Program-made: the position numbers and the translations under genes
Notes under the pieces: model-generated
Told to the model about the DNA's origin: nothing
Seen by the model: only the letters and a program-made list of their open reading frames with translations
Databases searched by the model: none
Assembly (NCBI GenBank): GCA_949285325.1
Contig: CASDYZ010000007.1
Coordinates: forward strand, 149,629-213,628
DNA: 64,000 bases
Direction of reading: 5' to 3'
Origin: an uncultured bacterium
Lineage (GTDB): Bacteria; Bacillota_I; Bacilli_A; RFN20; CAG-826
Shown: in pieces, positions 57,801 to 64,000 of the stretch
Position numbering within the stretch: the stretch's first letter is position 1
How the letters are laid out: every line of letters begins with the position of its first letter

Positions 57801-57991
57801 TCAGCTTTATCGCTCAAAAAGGACTAACTCATTACGTATTAGAATTTTATCCACCTTACCTTCAAATAGGTTCATATTTGTCTATTGTTGGTATGTTTAT
57901 GTTTTATACTTATTTTATTTCTTATTACTATGTCGCTTTTAATTTAGTCGGTAAAGACGAAATTAAAAAATATAATAAATTTAATTATTAA
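54878..57991 (+). CDS. YfhO-family large membrane protein (putative glycosyltransferase-C-fold glycan/lipid glycosylation enzyme)
   Basis: 1037 aa. N-terminal half has about 13 TM helices, with QQFSFYTNGYDDWWHFLRTGQFVLYDTNTYLGVNNIGSNAFYYLFDPF matching the YfhO N-terminal pattern. Large extracytoplasmic domain and a final TM helix. Confidence 0.55.
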   Translation: MDVIFQKDKKKNESNKIKEWFGKTFAFLKDKNSLFYYFLILLGIGLLFFLSLLVFNLFTTPYSGDYCAQQFSFYTNGYDDWWHFLRTGQFVLYDTNTYLGVNNIGSNAFYYLFDPFFLPILIFPRQLVPQGMAILTIFKLAFGGLAFYGYIRYLGASKSSAKIAGIAYSFCGWVTWYLWFNHFAEIIICLPLILWGVEKVLKEKKPFLLMGSLFLMGLVNFFFLICFTMCAFLYAMFRFFQHVKDRSCKENFTILGIGFIGFFAGLLMSLVIVLPAAMVAVNSDRATNATYLDGLVDAFKNFDILKVLKFLFSWGDVDNGRDYRTAYPIIDFFFPVMSDRGTPLTKLGNETYDNVAGSLFCYSPIIILFVPALIRSVKEKHYSPLIATGLFILMLTTPFFYYLFHGFTVAYSRWTLFVTISLIAYVGLYLDKIKTDNKKNILWGYLFALGGGVLSIVLASAIVSNNSDMAERFGNFTLLICGIVYVIYASIVAGLIYSYFDKSYLNNLLTGILVFESTIMGALTTFGHGYTPYTTVNNGLNENNALASIVKRINNDDDTYFRAYSSLADDNAKNDGMRNGYNGMGFFHSIYNFNILDFLRWSRMTQNIGGWSGSYVEKRQNLDTFLGVKYYFIEKDKVPDIEGIVPNVPLGYKDVSDEYSNDYFYVFENEHWINFTFAFDEIFSHQNEEGTSVMSSGNFATLRNEDMYLKYGILSHEDTLEVLEETGGEIELEENLPGNSSSNNDYSQLSISNYSYEGNSTQYVRYFYSTEETASNMDPNELAKYLRDKESEEYPGNDKGGKKVIFIAPRDLNNNLPYDEDGVIFYLNSTFQNSYKINAYLIDEDYNVITYDNHSDNATTSTSKSIRGLYSRPDESGKAKQLKAVMIVPRYFGINSYSLAYELATDYYDTIEKILQNPIENIEYTTNKFTFDTNYDEYKFIVTQLPYEDGWQVKASDEGGNKQDLKVYKAQGGFVSFIAQKGLTHYVLEFYPPYLQIGSYLSIVGMFMFYTYFISYYYVAFNLVGKDEIKKYNKFNY

Positions 57992-58838
57992 TTTTATTGA
58001 CGATTTTATATATCTCTTTTTTATTGATTTTATATTTATCTGCGATATATTTAACCGCATCTTTTTTACTCATATTTTTATTTAAGTAATCATTTATCTC
58101 ACTTATTATTTTTTCATCACTAATTTCTTCTTTTTCAATATTTTTAAATCCTTCAACAATTAAAACCATCTCACCTTTAAGGGTTGTTTCATCAATATCT
58201 TTAAGTTCATATGTTGAGCCAAAAATATATTCTTCATTTATCTTGGTTAATTCTCTTGCTATAACCATATCTCTATTACCAAACACATCATAAATATCAT
58301 TTATTGTTTTTAATATACGGTGTATAGATTCATAAAAAATTATAGTGTATGGTATATTTTTAAGTTCTTCTAATTCCTTAAGGCGTGATGATTGTTTACT
58401 TTTTAAAAATCCATAAAATAAAAAATGATTAGTATCTAATCCTGATGAAGATAAAGCGTTGATTAGAGCGCATGGTCCAGATACTGATGACACGCATATG
58501 TCATTATCTAAACACAATTTGACTAATATTTGTCCTGGATCAGATATCGCGGGATAACCAGCATCGGACATATAAATTACGTTTTTGCCTGACTTTATAT
58601 GTTCAATAATTTGATACGCTCTTTCTTTTTCGTTATGGAGTTCCATTGAAATAAAATTCTTTTTATGAATATTAAATAAAGATAAAAGTTTTGATGCGAC
58701 ACGCGTATCTTCACATGCGATAATATCAGCGTTTTTTATAATGTCTATCGCCCTTTGGTTCATCTCGTTTAGATTACCGATAGGTGTTGCGACTAGATAT
58801 AAAATTAAATTATTTTCAAAATTTTTATTTCTCTTCAT
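57981..58838 (-). CDS. rsmI: 16S rRNA (cytidine1402-2'-O)-methyltransferase
   Basis: 285 aa. LYLVATPIGNL N-terminus, tetrapyrrole-methylase fold motifs (CEDTR, SDAGYPAISDPG). Conserved position after ricT. Confidence 0.9.
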   Translation of the reverse strand: MKRNKNFENNLILYLVATPIGNLNEMNQRAIDIIKNADIIACEDTRVASKLLSLFNIHKKNFISMELHNEKERAYQIIEHIKSGKNVIYMSDAGYPAISDPGQILVKLCLDNDICVSSVSGPCALINALSSSGLDTNHFLFYGFLKSKQSSRLKELEELKNIPYTIIFYESIHRILKTINDIYDVFGNRDMVIARELTKINEEYIFGSTYELKDIDETTLKGEMVLIVEGFKNIEKEEISDEKIISEINDYLNKNMSKKDAVKYIADKYKINKKEIYKIVNKINN

Positions 58839-59724
58839 TTTCTATTCTTTTATTTTTTGTTAATTTAGTTTGTTTATAAAATTCATCAAGTGGGATAGTT
58901 TGGGCTGTTTCTTCATTCCTTAGTTCAACCATCTTTGATATGACGTTGATTGAAGTAACAGTAAATTCTTGTTTATCGATAAATACTTTTTTACCTAATT
59001 CTGGAAAACTTTGTTTTAATTCAGTATAAGTATCATCTTCATATTTTAAACAGCAAAATAATTTACCGCACGCGCCGGATAGTTTAGGGATATTGATTGT
59101 CAACATTTGGTTTTTTGCCCTGTTGATTGAAATACCATCAAATTCATTTAAAAAAGTAGAACAGCATAAAGGTAGTCCGCATACTCCTAGCCCGCCGATA
59201 GCTTTAGCTTTATCTCTCGCCCCGATTTGTCTAAGTTCAATCCTGGCGTGTAATCGAGAAGCAAGCACTTTGAGCAGTTCTCTAAAATCAACTCTTTCAT
59301 CGGCAAGATAAGAAAAAATAACTTTTGTTTTATCTAGAGTATATTCACAGCTAGTTAGACGCATATCTAAACCTAAATTTTTAATTTCATTTTCACAAAT
59401 TTGAAGTGCGTATTTAGCGTCTTTTAAATTGTTTTGAAATTGTTTGATATCGCTTTCACTTGCTTTTCTTATAACAGGCTTTAATCCTAATTCACTCTTA
59501 TAATTATCGATTAAAACTGGTTCGATGGTAATTTCTCCTATTTCAACCCCTCTTACTGTCTCAACAACAACCTTGTCACTAAGTTTTAAATCTAATTCTT
59601 TAAATCCAAAAAAATATGAACGTAGGCCACTGTGAAACTTTACTCCAACAAAGTGTGAATAATTGTTATTAGAATAATTTTTATTATCGTCATTAATATT
59701 CATTTTCTTGCTTTTCCTCTCCAC
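58825..59724 (-). CDS. ricT: PSP1-domain protein RicT/YaaT
   Basis: 299 aa (ATG 59703 is the alternative start). PSP1 core with a Cys cluster (GVCGLPLCCSTFL, CGKLFCCLKYE). Conserved holB-yaaT-rsmI order. Confidence 0.85.
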   Translation of the reverse strand: MERKSKKMNINDDNKNYSNNNYSHFVGVKFHSGLRSYFFGFKELDLKLSDKVVVETVRGVEIGEITIEPVLIDNYKSELGLKPVIRKASESDIKQFQNNLKDAKYALQICENEIKNLGLDMRLTSCEYTLDKTKVIFSYLADERVDFRELLKVLASRLHARIELRQIGARDKAKAIGGLGVCGLPLCCSTFLNEFDGISINRAKNQMLTINIPKLSGACGKLFCCLKYEDDTYTELKQSFPELGKKVFIDKQEFTVTSINVISKMVELRNEETAQTIPLDEFYKQTKLTKNKRIENEEK

Positions 59725-60703
59725 AAATAGAAATTATTAAATTATCTAAAAGCAAGGATGTATTAACATTTAAGTTAAGCATTGTTCTAGCTTTTGATAT
59801 TTGTAATATACTCTCTTCAACATTGTTTAATTGCTTTGAAAGTTCACTAATTATTGTAGCACAACTAGTTAAAATTATATTCTTTTCATTTTTTATATTT
59901 AATATATCGTGAAACAAATATAAGAGCATATCTAGAAAAAACCTTGCAGATTCCTTCTCTTTTAAAAGAGGTTCAATGTCTTTTTGCATAATATATATAG
60001 CTTCTCTTTTATCTTTTTTAATTGCTTCTAGTAATGAAAATAAAGCTTGTTTAGCGTTTAAATATTCATTTTTAGTTTCTTTGTTGTCTAGTACTTGTTT
60101 TAATAAATCAGCGTCTGAATAAAAGCTCGATAATAATTCTGCATCTATTCTTTCTACACCAAGCTGTAATGCGTCGTTAACTATATCAATTTGATTAACT
60201 TTCTTTAGATGGATAAGCTGACATCTAGAAATAATAGTAGGAAGGACTAGGCTCTCATTATTAGTTGTTAAAAGTGCATATATATTATCTTCTGGCTCTT
60301 CTAAAAATTTTAATAACGAATTGATTGCTTCAATCGTCATATTTTCCACTAGATGGAGTATGTATATTCTTATACCTTTTCTTTCAAGTGGTGTCTTTTC
60401 AAATCTATTTTCAATATCGTATACTGCTTCTTTTTTAATGGAGCTTTTAGCCCCATCATACACAATTAAATCTGGATAATTATCACTTTCAACTCTTAGG
60501 CAAGTAATACAGCTATTGCACGCCCAAGGAGAGGGGTCATCGCACAATATGCTTTTAGCTAAAAATTTAGCAGTTTCTAGTAGAGGCACACCCCCTTCAC
60601 CAGAAATTAAATAAGCATGAGAAAGAGATTTATTCTTTAATGCTGAATAAAATGTCTTATAAACAATTGGTTGATATTTTTCTAAATATTTTTCAATTTG
60701 CAT
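59693..60703 (-). CDS. holB: DNA polymerase III subunit delta'
   Basis: 336 aa. HAYLISGEGG (degenerate P-loop), zinc module CNSCITCLRV, SRCQ sensor motif. Overlaps tmk. Confidence 0.85.
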   Translation of the reverse strand: MQIEKYLEKYQPIVYKTFYSALKNKSLSHAYLISGEGGVPLLETAKFLAKSILCDDPSPWACNSCITCLRVESDNYPDLIVYDGAKSSIKKEAVYDIENRFEKTPLERKGIRIYILHLVENMTIEAINSLLKFLEEPEDNIYALLTTNNESLVLPTIISRCQLIHLKKVNQIDIVNDALQLGVERIDAELLSSFYSDADLLKQVLDNKETKNEYLNAKQALFSLLEAIKKDKREAIYIMQKDIEPLLKEKESARFFLDMLLYLFHDILNIKNEKNIILTSCATIISELSKQLNNVEESILQISKARTMLNLNVNTSLLLDNLIISICGEEKQENEY

Positions 60704-61314
60704 AATTTATCTAGTATTACTTTTAAGACCATCTCTCCAACTTCTTGTTGCGATTTAGATGCATCAATTATTACAAATCTTTCAGGAAATCTTTTAGCTA
60801 ATTCTAAAAATGTCGAGCGAACTTTATGGTGAAATTTAAGTGATTCTAAATCGAGCCTATTTACTTCTCTATTTGAATTAGCTTGGATTCTAGCTAGTCC
60901 TAATTCTGGTTCTATATCAAATAAAAGTGTCAAGTCAGGCCAAGTGCTTTCAGTAGCAAATAAATTGATGTTTAATACATTATCAATCCCTAATCCTCTA
61001 GCCCCGCCTTGGTACGCCAAAGAGGAATCTAAAAAGCGGTCGCATATTACTATTTTACCCATCTTTAAACTAGGCCATACTTTTTCTACAAGATGTTGTC
61101 TTCTACTAGCGGCATATAAAAGCGCTTCAGTTCTTGCGTCCATCGCTTTATTGTTTTTATCCAAGATAATATTTCTTATTTGTTCAGCGATAGGCGTACC
61201 ACCTGGTTCTCTAGTTTCAACAATTTCATAACCCATTTCTTTTAGTTTACTGACCGCGAATTTTGTTGCACTTGTTTTTCCTGAACCTTCAGGCCCTTCT
61301 AGTGTAATAAACAT
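60682..61314 (-). CDS. tmk: thymidylate kinase
   Basis: 210 aa. FITLEGPEGSGKTS P-loop, DRF..SSLAYQG motif, LID region. Confidence 0.95.
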   Translation of the reverse strand: MFITLEGPEGSGKTSATKFAVSKLKEMGYEIVETREPGGTPIAEQIRNIILDKNNKAMDARTEALLYAASRRQHLVEKVWPSLKMGKIVICDRFLDSSLAYQGGARGLGIDNVLNINLFATESTWPDLTLLFDIEPELGLARIQANSNREVNRLDLESLKFHHKVRSTFLELAKRFPERFVIIDASKSQQEVGEMVLKVILDKLCKLKNI

Positions 61315-61324
61315 AATTTTCCCC

Positions 61325-61921
61325 TTATATTTTTATTCTACCTTCTAAGGCACGAGTTAATGTCAATGAATCAGCGTAATCTAGGCTTGCACCAATTTGA
61401 AGACCATAAGCAAGGCGGGTGACAGCGACATTATATTCTTCTAATTTCTTTGCCAAATATAAGCCGGTTGTTTCTCCCTCGATTGTTGGATTAGTCGCAA
61501 TAATTACTTCTTTAATGTCGTTAGATTTAATTCTTTCAATTAATGAACTAATATTTAAATCTTCAATCGATACTCCCTTGTTTGGGGCAATCACGCCACC
61601 TAGGACATGATAGACACCACTGTATTCACCTATTTTTTCAAATGCGAGGACATCCTTAGGATAAGAGACGACCATAATTTGAGAGTGATCTCTTTCATTG
61701 TTTTTACATATTGGACAAAGTTCATCCTCACTTAAATTAAAGCATATTTTACATTGGTGAATGACTTTGTGTAGGTCGCTTATAGAAGACAGTAATTCTT
61801 CAACATCTTCTTCCTTCATTGAAAGAAGGGCGTACGTAAGTCTTTCCGCACTTTTCTTACCAATTGAAGGTAATTTTGATATATTTTCAACCGCTCTTTC
61901 GATCGCCTTTAATTGCTCCAT
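61325..61921 (-). CDS. recR: recombination protein RecR
   Basis: 198 aa. HhH N-terminus, zinc finger CKICFNLSEDELCPIC, Toprim domain. Confidence 0.97.
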   Translation of the reverse strand: MEQLKAIERAVENISKLPSIGKKSAERLTYALLSMKEEDVEELLSSISDLHKVIHQCKICFNLSEDELCPICKNNERDHSQIMVVSYPKDVLAFEKIGEYSGVYHVLGGVIAPNKGVSIEDLNISSLIERIKSNDIKEVIIATNPTIEGETTGLYLAKKLEEYNVAVTRLAYGLQIGASLDYADSLTLTRALEGRIKI

Positions 61922-62223
61922 TAAAAGCCAAATCCTCCAGCTCTTCCAGTGATTGATTCTTCTATATCTTCTTCAGCTTTTTTAATTTTTTCAATTAATT
62001 CGTTAATTGCCATACTAATCATTTCTTCAACCATTTCTTTATTCTCTTTATCAAAAGCATCTTCATCGATGGAAATGGTCGATACTTTAAAATCACCTTT
62101 CATTGTGACAGAAACTGCCCCACCGACAGTTGTGATGAAATCTTTGTTTCTCAATTCATCTTTTGCTTTTTTAAGCTCTCTTTGTAATTTTTGAGCTTGA
62201 ATCATCATTTGTTGCATGTTCAT
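61921..62223 (-). CDS. ybaB: YbaB/EbfC-family nucleoid-associated protein
   Basis: 100 aa. MNMQQMMIQAQKLQRELKKA N-terminus. Conserved dnaX-ybaB-recR order. Confidence 0.92.
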   Translation of the reverse strand: MNMQQMMIQAQKLQRELKKAKDELRNKDFITTVGGAVSVTMKGDFKVSTISIDEDAFDKENKEMVEEMISMAINELIEKIKKAEEDIEESITGRAGGFGF

Positions 62224-62227
62224 AATT

Positions 62228-63913
62228 TTATTCTCCTATAAACTCTAAATTAATTGTGTCTTCCTTAGGAAGCTTTTTTATTTGTAAAAGGTTCATGTAT
62301 AGTCCTTGGAAAGAAATTGAATCACTTCTTGAAAGAGCATATACAAACATCTTTTTTTTGAATATGTTAAAGATTACGTTTTGTAAATCAGCTTGATTGC
62401 TTACTAAATTGACTTTTTCAGCGAGAGTTGGTGATTGATATTCTAACACAAGCATCTTCTTAGATACAACAAGTGGACGTCCGTCTGCTAGTAGTGTCGC
62501 AGCCTTGCCAAGTTTAGGGTTAGGTATATATTTTTTAATGTCGTTCCAAGAAGATAACATTTGGTTTTTTAAATCTTTTTTAGAAACGACCATAACCTCA
62601 ACTAATTTCTCTTTTTCAACAAAAAAGTGGTCGTTTTGCATTGAATTTGCTAAATAAATATATTTATCATTGATAATTGGTTGAGGTATATCAACGATAA
62701 TTTTCTCTTCTTCTTCAAATAAAGAAGCTTGCTCTTTCTTAACATCTTCTTTAGCTTTTTCTTGCTTTATTTTTTCTATTTTCTCTTCTTTTGTTTCTAC
62801 TACATTTATTTTCTCTTCTCTTCTAATTTCTTTTGTCTCTGATATTGAGCATAATTTTAATAGACAAATTTCAAATAAAGTCGATATAGAAGAAACAGAT
62901 TTATAATCTTTTAAAGTTGTCAATAATGCATCTATCATTTCAATAATTTTTTTAGATTTAATTTGTTTAGATAATTCACGAGCGTCTTGCGCGCTTAATA
63001 TTTCGAGTTGATCGACAAAACCAGTATTTTGATAGATCAATATATCTTTAAGAATGTTAAGTAAATCACTAGTTAATCTTTTTATATCTGAACCCTTGTT
63101 GATGTAATTGTGGAGTCGATTTAAAACATCACTTACATCGTTATCAACAATAGATAGGAGAAGGGCTATTTTTTCTTCTTTTGATTCAAGAGCAAAAATG
63201 TCTAAAATATCTTCAACGTCTAAACTATTAGAAGAATAAGCTAGCACTTGATCTAAAATAGATAGAGCGTCTCTCATCCCTCCATCACACAATGAGACAA
63301 TTAAATCAACAGCGTCTTGATTATATTCCACATTTTCTTTTTCTAACACTACTTTAAGTCTAGATGATATTTCATTATTTGATAGTTTAGAAAAATCATA
63401 TCTTTGACATCTAGACAAAATGGTAGGAAGAATTTTATGAGGTTCAGTTGTCGCAAGTATAAATATTACATGTTCTGGAGGTTCTTCAAGCGTTTTTAAT
63501 AAAGCATTAAATGCACCGGGAGTCATCATGTGAACTTCATCAATAATATAAACTTTATATTTTCCTAGTATGGTGCCATACTTAACTTTTTCAATTAAAT
63601 CTCTTACCTCATCAACGCCATTATTGCTCGCCGCATCGATTTCAATAACATCTGGATGTGAGCCCTCGTTAATTGCGACGCAGTTCTCGCAGTGATTACA
63701 TTGATGCCCAACGCCTTCGTCACAGTTAAGTGCCTTAGCAAGCAATTTAGCCATTGTAGTTTTACCAGTGCCACGTGGGCCAGCAAAAAGATATGCGTGG
63801 GCTATCTTTCCACTCGCAAGTGCATTTTTTAAAGTTTTGACGATGTGAGTTTGTCCAGCAACTTCGTCAAAGGTTGTCGGACGATAAGTTCGATAAAGTG
63901 CTTTGTACGCCAT
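62228..63913 (-). CDS. dnaX: DNA polymerase III subunits gamma/tau
   Basis: 561 aa. GPRGTGKTT, zinc module CNHCENCVAI, DEVHM, SRCQ. Confidence 0.95.
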   Translation of the reverse strand: MAYKALYRTYRPTTFDEVAGQTHIVKTLKNALASGKIAHAYLFAGPRGTGKTTMAKLLAKALNCDEGVGHQCNHCENCVAINEGSHPDVIEIDAASNNGVDEVRDLIEKVKYGTILGKYKVYIIDEVHMMTPGAFNALLKTLEEPPEHVIFILATTEPHKILPTILSRCQRYDFSKLSNNEISSRLKVVLEKENVEYNQDAVDLIVSLCDGGMRDALSILDQVLAYSSNSLDVEDILDIFALESKEEKIALLLSIVDNDVSDVLNRLHNYINKGSDIKRLTSDLLNILKDILIYQNTGFVDQLEILSAQDARELSKQIKSKKIIEMIDALLTTLKDYKSVSSISTLFEICLLKLCSISETKEIRREEKINVVETKEEKIEKIKQEKAKEDVKKEQASLFEEEEKIIVDIPQPIINDKYIYLANSMQNDHFFVEKEKLVEVMVVSKKDLKNQMLSSWNDIKKYIPNPKLGKAATLLADGRPLVVSKKMLVLEYQSPTLAEKVNLVSNQADLQNVIFNIFKKKMFVYALSRSDSISFQGLYMNLLQIKKLPKEDTINLEFIGE

Positions 63914-64000
63914 AAAATATACCTATTAATGATTATACTCAAATATCGTTGAAATGAGAATAAATTAATATTAATTTAAACTAAAATTCTTGCTATCTTT

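Noticed and set aside
62351-62359. E. coli-type dnaX slippery heptamer A AAA AAG in frame (TTC AAA AAA AAG ATG on the minus strand). A -1 shift there would terminate 10 codons later.
   Set aside because: The site lies about 40 codons from the normal C-terminus, not at the domain III/IV boundary where gamma is made. There is no upstream SD-like stimulator and only a trivial downstream hairpin. A8 runs are common in this AT-rich genome, so this is most likely coincidental.
1-64000. Looked for CRISPR arrays, rRNA or tRNA genes, IS elements, integrases or prophage genes, and long inverted or direct repeats flanking the ATPase/RloB cassette or the sugar island.
   Set aside because: I saw no regularly spaced repeats, no cloverleaf-capable GC-rich segment in any intergenic gap, and no transposase, recombinase or phage structural motif in any ORF. 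I saw no flanking repeats by eye either. A tRNAscan, Infernal and repeat-finder run would be needed to be definitive.

Overview
AT-rich, very compact chromosomal window with about 55 protein-coding genes. I saw no rRNA, tRNA, CRISPR array, transposase or integrase.

Likely host (inference). The right end carries the Firmicutes/Tenericutes-type block dnaX-ybaB-recR-tmk-holB-ricT(yaaT)-rsmI on the minus strand. TGA is clearly a stop codon, shown by ATGA and ATGATTGA stop/start overlaps. Exported proteins are anchored by lipoboxes or C-terminal transmembrane helices, and none has an LPXTG motif. Together this suggests an Acholeplasma-like, wall-less, code-11 bacterium.

Gene content, left to right:
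- GNAT acetyltransferase (5' partial), pepC, pyrG, an ABC-2 exporter pair, an Fe-type alcohol dehydrogenase.
- A translationally coupled ABC-type ATPase + RloB/Toprim pair (7058-9041).
- dtxR facing feoA-feoB and a small Cys-rich feo partner.
- Small lipoprotein and membrane genes, then a ZIP metal transporter with a PP2C-like gene.
- A roughly 24-kb carbohydrate island (15.2-39.7 kb): GH13, an ATP-grasp protein, two GH16 beta-glucanases, a phosphohexomutase, a GH94-like phosphorylase, a complete sugar ABC importer, a 992-aa GLUG lipoprotein, a ROK regulator, a SIS protein and a PIG-L deacetylase.
- An overlapping-gene operon glnA-glmS-grpB-rimK-phosphoesterase-membrane protein.
- A MacB/FtsX ABC pair and an RluA-type pseudouridine synthase.
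- A DUF1538 membrane protein with two PII-like genes.
- typA, then a YfhO-like giant membrane protein.

Best candidate for a poorly described system: the ATPase + RloB/Toprim cassette, with a split-OLD / AbiL / PARIS-like architecture.

Other points worth follow-up:
- A C5-tract frameshift splits a surface-protein gene.
- A C-terminal anchoring module is shared with one GH16 enzyme.
- A near-identical 22-nt promoter/operator element lies upstream of two different sugar operons.
- An SD+ATG is followed by an in-frame TAA.
- The DUF1538/PII triad.

All calls come from reading motifs in the supplied translations and the DNA. No database search was run.
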